Assembly: GCF_030684315.1 (NCBI RefSeq)
Contig: NC_081387.1
Coordinates: 23,182,647 to 23,246,646, forward strand
Source of the DNA: Stegostoma tigrinum
Taxonomy: Eukaryota
Direction: 5' to 3'
Length of the DNA: 64,000 nt
This document shows positions 37,301 to 49,300 of the stretch, one piece after another. How positions within the stretch are numbered: position 1 is the first letter of the stretch; each line of letters starts with the position of its first letter. The position numbers and the translations under genes were made by a program. The notes beneath the pieces are model-generated. The model was not told the DNA's origin. It made no database searches and worked only from the letters and a program-made list of their open reading frames with translations.

Positions 37301-40300
37301 CAAAAATACTGTCGGACGCAGAGAAGAGCTATTTGTGAATAAGAGAGACGACAGAGCAGTTATTTGTGGCAACAAAATGTTCCACCAATATCTATACTGG
37401 AGACATTTCATCATGTGGTGACAGACCACAAGCCACTGTTGGGAATATAAGGTGATTTGACCAATAGCTTTGGCCTTTGAACATTGTCCTGAGACCTCAA
37501 TAGCCAATGCTGATGCCCTCATCATGTTCCCTGACCAGAGATAGGCACAGGCCCCACAGTGTCGGAAGAGATGGGAATGGCCATGAATTTTCAAACTACT
37601 TCATCTGTTTTAGCTCAACAAAGTAAGTACTGGGCTAACAGAGACCCACAATTCTCAAAGGAGAAGCAGATAATAGTGTGTGGCTGGCAAAACAAAAGAT
37701 TTTTTAAAAGAAATTAAACCTTACAAGTTGGGGAAAAGTGAGCTTCGTTGTGAGCATGGTATTGTCCTTTGGGGATTGAAGGCTTTTATTCTTGGGTCGG
37801 AAGAAATTTGTTCCTGAAATATTTACAAAAGACGTATCCGGGTGTATTTAAAATGAATAAAATGGTTTCAGGAAGCTCTGTTGGCAGTCTAGCATTGAAG
37901 CAGCAGTTAAAGATGCGGTAAAGTGCTGTGATCAGTGCTAATTTCAGCAGACGTTACCCGTCCCAAGCCCACAATTGTGAGGTGAGTGACAGTCCTTGAT
38001 ATCAAGGCTGCATTCGACCAAGTGTGGCATCGGGCTGCTGTCACAAAATTGGAATCAATGGGCAAACTGACTGCTGATTGGAGTCATACCTGACGCATAG
38101 GAAGATGGTCATGGTTTGTGGAGGTCAGTCAGTTCCAGAACATTTCTGCAGGATTTCCTGAAGGTAGTGTCCTTGACCCAACCATTTTCAACTGCTGCAT
38201 CAATGATCAAGCAATTGACCAGAGGAGATCCAATCAGTGATGAATATTGTTGAAATAGCAAGGCCTTATGAATTGGAAAGATTAAAATCCATATGTCCAA
38301 GTGATAAAGCATGGATAAAGAGGACAGCTAAACAACTGAAGATCATGAATATGTACCAGAAATATAATCCCATCACTGCCTATGTTTCACCCCAATGTGC
38401 ATTAAGTGATGTATTTAACTGAACAGTTTTGTTGAAATTATATCATGATGAGAACGTCTAGTGAAAGATGAAAAACATCATTTGTAAATTCTGACAGATC
38501 TTCAGATTGAGATTTAGAATGTTAAAATGTTGTTCTGATCCCAGCTGATGGTTTTCTGGACAAGTCTGAACTGTGTTCTGTTTGTGTCCCGATGTTGCTG
38601 CTATCGGGTGCGGCGGTAGCTGCAGAATCTCACTCACTAACACGTTCCTGTGTTCTTGTCTTTCAGAACTACAGGAATTCCTCACTTTGGAAGGTAAGTT
38701 ATTTCAGAACCATGTCAGGATTCTGATTTACAGACACTGAGTAAGAAAATTCCAGTTTCACTTCATGGGAATCCAGGAATTCTGAACAAAGAGGATGGAA
38801 TTTTATAAGGGTCTGAGCGCTGTGGTCTGTGGTGAGAAATTGATGGAATTGTGTGAGGTGTCCATTGAGACCCATTTCAATGTCACTGCCTGGCATTGAG
38901 GTGGGATTCTCACAAAGCTGCAATGTGTGTTGCCTATGAAAGGGGAATATTGCGAATGAACGACCATATTAACTGCATACCTCACCTCATTAATATACAG
39001 CCTTCTATCGCACCAAACCTGTCAGACAGGCAGGATACTGAGAATTCTCGACATGGAGATCCAAACATGTACCTGCTGACTTCAGCTCACTGCTCACTCC
39101 AAAGGGATCTCAATGTTGGAAATTAGACACCAACCTCTCAGGGCATGCCGCATGTAACCCATGTCCATGGACATTGGCATCCAACATGTGCCAGCCTTGA
39201 AATACCCTCATGGCACATCTCCAAACATTGTAAAACTGCTGCTTGGACACTGTCCACTCAGAGGCACACACCCAGCTCATGGACTGGGCGAAACTGCATC
39301 GCTGGGATGTTTACTTGTTCTTTTAACCCTCACTCACTCTCAGCTTATCTGGATATTAGCAGCATTCCTGCTTTTTCATTAACATTTACTCCTTGTCCCT
39401 CAGCCAGAGATACAATGCTCACAGTTCTGCTGTTTAACCGTTTAGTGGAGACACGGAGCCAAGAAGCTGGTCAGATTGTCAGCAGAACACAGTCAAGCCA
39501 AGGGAGGTAGCCTTCAGCCAGAGGATATGGTCAGTCAGTAGCATTACCCCTCATTAGCTGTGAGGGATCAACTATCAGCTAGTACCCCACCCAGCCATAC
39601 GGACACTTACTGACTAGTGGGGACTGTTTTCCTCCTGAATGGGAGAGAGGTAGTTGTTAATGGAGACGAAAGTGCTCTTACTGTTGGTGTAGGTGTGAAG
39701 GTGTCCTGAGGAAATGTGTTGGCAGCACAGAGAACAAACAGGGTTTGTGGTGTCAGGTGTTGGTGTGGGTGATGGAGAGTGAGTGAAGATGTTCCAGTCC
39801 GTGGTAAGTGTGGTAAAGCATGAGCCTTGGTGGGAGGTGGGTGCAGCAGCAGAGACAGAGTGAGTGTGTGGTCATGGAGAGAAGATGGTGGATCACATGG
39901 TGGTGGAGAGGAGAATGTCGCTGATGTGCTGGCAGTCCTCCAGACGCTGAGACTGTACTCACCCATGTGCCACCCTCTGACCAGGCAGGGACTGGCATCA
40001 TGACCATCTCGGCTGGTTCTGGGGGAAGAGGGTATCTACACCACCCCGTCCAGCGGGACCGTCCGGTTCCTCTCTGCTCCATCTGGGGAAGATGGCAGGA
40101 ACTGTATGGGGCAGCTGCAGGCTGACAGACCTGTCTGGCTGCACAACAGCTTTGCAGAGATGGCACCGCTGCCAGGGATCAGGTCAGTTCTGAGATGTCC
40201 CAGCAGTGGCGAGTTGCTTCAGAAATGGTGGGTGGTAGGATGGGGCTAGAACTGAATGTGAGGCTCGTAGTGACATGGTCTGTTGTTAATGGGGTGAACG

Positions 40301-43300
40301 ACATGGAGAGAAATAGTCCATGAAACTTGATGAAACTGATTGTTAACCAAAAAAGGTTAGATTCAGCCCAATGTTCGACAATCCGATTTGCTTTTCCCTG
40401 ATTAATCTCCGTCAATGGCCGAGATGATTTCACATGCCTGTGAACTTCACACCCTGTTATAGTTAAACAACATCCCTCAGCAGTCCTGACTGGGTGTGCA
40501 GTGAGTGAGATGTTGCTCCTTCATCTTTGGGACTGGGTGGCTTAATGGGGCCAATCCTGTCTTTTTGCGTTTTGAAACATTTTTGTACATTGGATACAAA
40601 TATGTTGTATCGCAGAACCATCAAGTTTTTTTTTGTTTATCATTCTCCAATATTATGAAATGCTCTTTCACTGTTAGCTGTTGATTATCACGTGATTAGA
40701 TATGGTCCTTTTCTGGTGCAGATAGTTTGATACAGTGCTTCTTTAATTAAAATTTTTGTTATCTTTATGTCATTATTCTTTACTATTTCTTGAAAGATAT
40801 GCTTCGAGTGAGAGGACAGAATACAGAATGAAAGAGCGCAATGTCCTGGATCAGTGAAAACAACAAACTAATTTCATCATTATTCTGTAATCTTTAATCT
40901 CTTGTATCATTTTATTTACTTTGCATGTTTTCTCTTTTTTTAAAACCTCTGATTTTTGTTTCTTTGGAGAATGAGTTTAGAGAGGTTTTGCTGATTGGTT
41001 ACTCTGTCCAAGGTAACAACTGAGCAGAATGCTACTTGATCTCACTTCCTCCCCAGTTAGCCAATGAAAAGCAGGAAGAATCTCCACACGACAATCAGAA
41101 TCTGACTGTCTGTCCAAGGGACATGTGACCACAAAGAGCCCCTTTCAAACATGCACGAAACAGGTGGAAGTAGCTTGATGGATAGGTTCGGCTGTCAGAG
41201 TTTTCAGCTCCCGATGTGTCACTGGGACAGAGTTGGAATGTAATAATCATGGGCCGATCATGAGATAGAAATACTGTCAACACTTCCCAATATTCCAGTC
41301 CCAGTTTCCGATCAATGTCAGTCTTTACATCAATGGGATAATTATTCTGAAATGAACAGAGCATTTGAACAAAAAGAGAACCTAAACTGCTTAGGCAGCA
41401 TGTTTGGAGAGAGAAACCAAGATAATGTTTCAGGTCAGTGACCTTCGGGAAAAAGAGACGTATCAGGTCTTGAGCAAATGCTGGCCTGAGGTCAGGGGAA
41501 GGGACAGTGGGGAAGGGGGAAGTGCGAAAGGAATGAAAGGTTCATGACAGGGTGGAAAGCAAAAGTGATTCAGTAATGAAATGGACAATGATGTAAAGCA
41601 TCATTGGGATTGTGCACTGGAAAACAAGTCCCTTTATTCCTGGAGTCATCACAAATGTTCAAGATGTTTAAAAGTATGCCAAGTTCCCCAGTTTACCAAT
41701 CTTTCAGACCAAGATTGATAAAAAGCACAGAACAGGTTTCTGTACATAAGTAAATAGACTGTAGCTGCTGGTCAAACATTCTGAACCATTGGCATGGGGG
41801 AGATGATGGCTTAGTGGCAGTATTAGTGCACTGTTAATCCAGAGACCCAGGAAATGTTCTGGGGACCCAGGTTTGAATCCCACCAGACTGTGGATGGTGG
41901 CAGATGGTGGGGCTTGAATGCAATAAAAAAAATCTGAAACTAAGAGTCTAATGATGTCCATGAATCCATAGTCAGAAAAACCTAGTGGGGTTTTCAGTGG
42001 GGAACATCCTAAAGGAAACTGCTTTCCTTATCCGGTCAGACCTACAGTAACGTATTGACTCTTAACGGCTCGCTGGGCAATTAGCAATGGGCAATAAATC
42101 AGCTACACCCTCATCCCATGAATGAATAAAAAACATGAATAGCTCAAATCGCATAATAAACTGCCTTGTATACCTTTCCTCTCTCTCCAAAAACACACAG
42201 AAAAAGAAAACATGGGTGTTCATGTTCACAGAGAGCTGCTGACTCTTGTGCTATCTGAACACTGCTCTTGATCGTCCTTCTCCAGATGCTTTCACTGGTT
42301 TGCAGGAGACCCAGATTGTACAGGTCACACTTATAAAAGATCCCTGACTTGTTTGTTAAAGCCGTAACTTACAGAAAGTGCTGAAGGAAAAATAAACAAA
42401 TACTCTTCAGGCTGGAAATGAGTTTTGTTGCAGGAAACGGAGAGAACTTCTGAGCTGATGAAGATCCGTTGATGTCTCTGTATCTTATTCAAAGTCCCAA
42501 GCTACATCTGGTTCTGCATCTTTTCCTGCTGCTTGAACCAGTGACTGTGTAAACAGTGCTTACAGTCAGATGGTTGATCGGTGCTGCAAGAACAGTAAAT
42601 GTTGGAGATCTGAAATAAAAACAGAAAGTGCTGGAGGAACTCAGCAGGTCTGGAAAAGTCTGTGGAGAGAGTGGAAAACAAAATGAATGTCACATTCATG
42701 ATGACTCTTCTTCAGAATGTGTGTGTTCCATAGAATGGCAATATCAAACTCGAATGGTGCGCTTTGTCCCTCTCGACACAAACGATGCCAAACGTGCTGA
42801 ATTTCGCTTATAGTTCCTGTTTTTGTATGAGATGAGACTAAAGGGAAATAGTAGGATCATCGCCAACTGCGACTGTCTAAAAAAAGTGATTTTCAATATT
42901 CTTGTTCCACACAGGTTTCAACAAACTGGAAATAAATCGTGGTAAGTACAGAACTAACATACAATTCAATAAAACTAACCTGAACTGACAATAGATATTG
43001 AAGAATACTTCTCATTGGAAATCTTATTTAACTCGGCTTTTCATTTCTGCTGAAAAATTTTATTTCATATGAACGTAGAAGTTACCAATATGTCAATATT
43101 TTGTCTTCATATCGTGCATTTCTAAATAGATTTCATGAAGCTATGTGTATTTAACCATATATTCACATTTATAATTCCATGGTACTGCAGGAATGTTTTA
43201 TTTGCACAGTGTTTGTGGATTGAATTCACTGATACATTCAGGCTTCAGGACATGGTGAGGTCAAGACGCTGTGACATATTGGCCTTGGTTCCTGATGATG

Positions 43301-46300
43301 AGCTGAGTGGGTGTGGGGCAGAGGGTTCCGTCTTACCACCTCATGTTATTTGGGGTCATTGTTGTTTCTGGTTATTGTGTGGGTTGAAGTGCTCAGAGGG
43401 ACAGTGCTGATCGGTTCTGTAGAATCAGACCCTTGACTGCTTGATAGTTCCCCAGTTCATTAAATCTCCCACATACAGTCATTGCAGGTTTGCAGAGTGA
43501 GGGATGTTGTGAGGGGGCAGTATTTCACAGAGGGGAATGTATTAGTTGCAGCCAATAATAAAAGTTGTCTAAATTGTTCATTGGACAGTCCGTGTCAGCA
43601 CTGAGCTGCACCCTGGAAAATTGCAGGAGGATCCCAGCTCTGCGTGATCTGCTGCTGTTCACACAGTTCAGTTCAAGGGCAGGGGATCAAACGGGCAAAT
43701 GTGATAGAGGACAGTCTGAATGGAAACTTTTCCTTTTGATGTTCTGCAACTGAGTGTCAGCTTCCTCTGAATCACTGTCAGATTTTATTGCATGACTGTC
43801 AATTTCACTGGGTCAGTGTCAGTGACTCCATTTCAGTACAGTCACACTGCAGTCACAGTGAAAACCATGGGTTACAGTCAGTGAGGTCAGTGTAAAATAC
43901 AATCAGAGGTCAAACACCAGCAGGAACTCACTCTGGGATCTCAGATGGAGAATCTGTTCAGGACCAAACTGTCAGGAGAGTTGGTCACTGTGTAGAAATG
44001 GAAAGAAACCCTTGAATTTCTACCATTTCAGGATCTCAGAATATTCCCAAGTGTTTGCCAGACGAGGGAGTGTTTCTGAAATGTAGACCCAGGTTTTCCA
44101 TTTGTCGTGCAGGCATTATTCCAGTGTAGATGGGAGCTTGACATGAGGATTCTGCAGAATTCCCATTATAACATACTCCAAGTGAATTGCCTGGGATATT
44201 GAATTTTCCGGTCAGCAATTCATTTACCTCTGGACCCCTCCGAAAATATCCGTTTAAATGGGGGAACTTGGTGAGTTGCACCATAATCAAGCAACTAGCT
44301 ACTCAGGAAAACTTTGGACCTGGTCGATCTCCTGAGCATCTACGAACCTGATCTCCCACCTCTCCCAGACCCTGACATGACATCACCCTGTATCGCTGTG
44401 ATCTGACTGCCCCAGCCCTGGACCTGACCTCCCACCTTCACCCACCCCACCGTGTGTCTCCACCCCCACCCCCCGTCCCCCTCATTCCCTGCTCATTCTG
44501 GACTCGATCTGTCCTGCCCACCACAACCTACTGCAAACACTCCATCACTTTCCTGGTCCCCACTACCTTGCGCTGCAGCACCCGACTTAACTGGCTCCAT
44601 CACCCGATTCAGCTGGCACCCTCCCCTCACAGCACCCAAATCTTACCCCCTCAGGCAACGCTGGAGAAACTCAGCAGGTCTGGCAGCATCTATGGGGAGA
44701 GAAACAGAATTAATGTTTCAAGTCCATTGACACTTCTTCAGAACTGAATGATGATGGAACATGGATTCATTTTTATGCTTTTGAGAGACAGAGGATGAGA
44801 CAGAGGACAGATGGAATAGACACCCAGTGCAAAAGATAAAGGGGTTGTTAAAGTAGACAGAAAAAAGGACATACAAAGGATCTAAAGATATGGGGGAGGC
44901 CATTTAGCGCTGAGATGTGGAGACTGTCTTCACTCTGAGTGAATAAGGTCAGAAGTCACATGACACCAAGTTATAGCCCAACAGGTTTATTTGAAATCAC
45001 AAGCTTTTTGAGCACTGCCCCTTTGTCAAGGGACTTCATCTGGTGTCATGTGATTCTGATGCTGTCCGCCCCAGTCCACCCTCCACTTCACTCCGAGTGG
45101 TGAGCCTGTGGAATTCTCTGCCACAGAAAATGGCTAAAGCCAAAACAAGTTACTGTTTTCAAGAAGGATTTCAGTATAATTCTTAGAACTGAAGGCTCGA
45201 AGGGTATGGAGGCGGGAAGAGCAGGAGCAGGATGTGAGCCATGTAAAGTGACAGACCAATCATGAATGTAAGTGGGAAGAGATTTAACAAAGATGGAGAA
45301 ATAGAGTCAAGGGAAGGAAGAGATAAGTTCCATGGGGCAGGATCAGGCTGCAATGATGGGTCTGCCAGTGCAGGCCTGTTTGTGAATTTTGGGGAGGAGG
45401 TAGAAGGGAGCTGTGTGGGTTTGAGGCACAATGATTTGGGAAGCTGTGGGGGGGGGCGAGGGGTTAGATTTCCAGAGGAGATGAAGTCTGTGACAATCTT
45501 AGAAACAACAGCGTGATGTTCAAAGGTGCAGGCATGATCCAGGAGAGATAGAAGAAAGTGCTGATGTCCCCCTTTCATTGATAAGATCAAATGGAGACTG
45601 ACTGACTGGTTTGAGGAATATCTCCATCCTGACAGTAGGAATGAACACAACATTTCAGTTATGACCATTTTAAAACGCACCTTGCTCTTAATGGAGCATT
45701 TCTGTCCTGGGCCTGTAGGCACAAAAACACACTCGAGAAAGAACGCCTCATTTTCTGCTCAGGCACTATGCAGCCTCGAGACTTCAACATTGAATTCAAT
45801 AACTTCATAAACTGACGTAAAACAGAGAATTGCAGATGCTGGCGATTTAAAACAAAGAGAAATTGCTGGAGAAACTGGTTTGGCAGCATCTGTGGGCAGG
45901 ATCGCAGCCTGATGTTAAAAATCTACTGACTTTCGCGGCTCGCCCTGCCACTGCTCTTTCCTCGCCTTTTTATATTGCACTGCTGTCAGACAGCAGACAA
46001 ACTGAGTTAGTTTTTGTCCCACACTCAGCTCCATCCTGTACAGTTTTAGTCACCTCAATCAACATCTCATTTTATTGCTCTGGCTGAGCCAAAGCAACCT
46101 TTCACTGTTTATTCTCCTGCTCACACTCCATTCGAGCAGTATGCCTACCTCTCACAGCAGGTAATAATCTCCATCCCATTCAGGGTGGCACTCCTCCTGC
46201 CTGGGGAAGCCTGCTTCCACCATACAGTTCCTGACTGCCCCAGGCAGGTTAGCACCTACTGCAAAACCCTCCTTTCAGAGGCTTTCCCATCATTGCGGAG

Positions 46301-49300
46301 ACTCCCATTGTGCCAGCAAATTTCCAGATGATCCAAACCCGTCAATATCCCGGAATATGGAATGCCGGAGGCTTCTTGGGTTGTTCCTTCTTTTTGAATA
46401 TTTTGAACATCACGCTGAACGCTGCTCCCAGCAGCAAAATGTTACGGTTCAATCATGGATTTAGTGGGATGTAACAAATTAAGTGATTCAAATGAAAAAA
46501 CTTATTGGTGGTAATATATATGTATGAAGTGATGATGAAATAAATAGTAAGATCTATTAAACAGTAAATATATGTAACGCAGTAGATAAATATGTTTGTT
46601 TCTATAACAGTAAATATACATTAAGCAGTAAAGGTGAAGGGGAAGTACAACGAGATCTGGGTGTTCTTGTACATCAGTCAATGAAAGCAAGCATGCAGGT
46701 ACAGCAGGCAGTGAAGAAAGCTAATGGCATTCTGGCCTTCATAACAAGAGGAGTTGAGTATAGGAGCAAAGAGGTCCTTCTGCAGCTGGACAGGGCCCTG
46801 GTGAGAGCACACCTGGAGTATTGTGTGCAGTTTTGGTCTCCAAATTTGAGGAAGGACATTCTTGCTATTGAGGGAGTGCAGTGTAGGTTCACGAGGTCAA
46901 TTCCTGGAATGGCGGGACTATCATATGTTGAAAGATTGGAGCGACTGGGCTTGTATACACTTGAGTTTAGGAGGATGAGAGGGGATCTGATTAAGATAAT
47001 TGAAGGATTGGACACTCTGGAGGCAGGAAGCACGTTTCCACCGATGGGTGAGTCCAGAACCAGAGGACACAGTTTAAAAATAAGGGGTAGGCCATTTAGA
47101 ACAGAGTTGAGGAAAAACATCTTCACCCAGAGAGTGGTGGATATATGGAATGCTCTGCCCCAGAAGGCAGTCGAGGCCAAGTCTCTGGATACTTTCAAGA
47201 AAGAGATAGATAGAGCTCTTAAAGATAGTGGAATCAAGGGTTATGGGGATAAGGCAGGAACAGGATACTGATTGTGGATGATCAGCCATGATCATAATGA
47301 ATGGTGGTGCAGCTTGAAGGGCCGAATGGCCTACTCCAGCACCTATTGTGTATTGTCTATAATCTGGATACGGTAGAAACACATGTAGGTTAATGCGTTA
47401 TTTAAGTTAATGAGTGGATCTGTTAGCCTAAATTACTTTTGACAAGTTTAACAATGGCTCTCACTGCCCTCCTGCCTGTCAGGGACCACATTTTACAGCG
47501 GCTGGTCTGGAGAGCCCGGGGTTCCTGGTCCCATTCGAAATCCCAGCCCAAGCGACGTTCCCTGAATAGGGCAAAGTCCCTGATGTGATGCCTGTGCTGA
47601 ATCGAAGATTATGTGCCGCATCATTATTCCCTGGAACTTTCAGTACTTTCCCAGCCATTTCACTGGACAGAAAAACATCCAGGTGGCTCTGTGTGACAGC
47701 CAAGCAGGACAGTACGCACAGTCAGGGTCACATCGTCTGCTCATTCCTCAGTCAAAACAAGCTGCTTTCACATGAAGCCTGTTTCCCACATATGTTCCAC
47801 TTTATTTCAATTGCTCATTGTCACGTGCACTTAACCCTTAATGAGCTGGTTTGAAGATATTTTTAATCCTGCTACTACATTTGGTAAGTCAGGACCTGAG
47901 GGAACCCATTGCTTTGTGGGAGCAAAAAGTAGGGGGTGAGGGTAGAAATGTGGGAGATGGCCCTGTTGAATATAGTAATCGGGAATTCTCGGCTGCGGAA
48001 GAAGGTGGATGTTTCTGAGGCCTCCCTGAGGAAGGTGGCATTTTCAGACCATTGTGATGGAAGCGGAAAAACTGGGAAAATGGGAAGGAGTTCTTACAGG
48101 AAGCAGGCTGTGAGAATGTATAGACCAGGTAACTGTGGGAGTCGGTGGGTTGTTAGTGGATATTGGTGGCCAGTCTGTCCCCAGAAATGGTAACAGAGAT
48201 GTCAAGGAAGGGATTGGAGAAGTCAGAGATGGATCAGATGAAGGTGAGGGCAGGATAGAAATTGGAAATGAAACTGATAAATTTTTCCAATTCAGATTAA
48301 TTCCAGGGATGAAAGGGCTAACCAACAGCGAGCAGTTGAATAACTGGGATCGTACTCACTGGAATTCGGAAGAATGGGTGGGGGGTATCTGATTGAGGGA
48401 TATAAAATATTAAAGGGAGTTGATAAAGTAGACATTGAACAGACAATTCCACTTGTGGGACAGTCTCAAACACGAGGTCACAGATATAGAGTCGGGGAGG
48501 AGAAACTATATGTGAATCTGTGGAAATCACTGCCCCAGAGTACAGTGGAGGCAGAATCAATCAACAGACTGACAAAAGAAATAGATATGTTTCTGAGGAA
48601 AAGCAGGTTAAAGGGCTGTGGGAAGCAGGTAAGGAAAGTGGAGGTGAGACCAGGATAGGATCAGCCATGACCTTGTTAAATAGGCAGCACTGCCTACTTC
48701 TGCTCCTAATTCTGATGCTCCTCTGTTGAGAATGATACCAGACTTGAAACATGAACTCTGTTTCTCTCTCTCCACGCACTGCCAGAGCTGCTGAGTTTCT
48801 CCAGTTTTCTCTATGTTTGTTTGAGATTACCAGCATGAGTAGCATTTTGTCTTTCCCCAAATATTACATTTACCTCAGGGATTTACCCGTTCACACGAGC
48901 TGTTAAAGTAATTGTGATCCTGGACCTTTATATCACAGAATACAGAAACTGACTGCTGTGAGAAAGGGAGCACAATTTACCTTCCCCCGACTCTCCTGCA
49001 CTTACAAGGGACTTATCAGATTTGAAATCTGACTTCACATTTAGAAAACAGAATATGGAACAGTCCAGCACAGGAACAGGCCCTTCGGCCCTCCATATCT
49101 ATTGCTGACCATGGTACCATTCTAAATTAATCCCATCTGCCTGCACATGGTTGGTATCCCCAGTTTCCTGAAGGGGACCTGATCCGAATCTCCTGTCAGA
49201 AATGCACAGCTTGATCTTCAGGTAAGTAAAGGGGACAGAGTGTTAATCTGAGTGTGAGTGTAACTCCTCAGAAAATCCAGACCAGTGACATTATTTAGTG

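Noticed and set aside
49164-49221. Functional extra coding exon ending at the strong donor at 49222
   Set aside because: Available acceptors give 22, 48 or 58 nt; the only in-frame option contains TGA. Kept only as a possible relic
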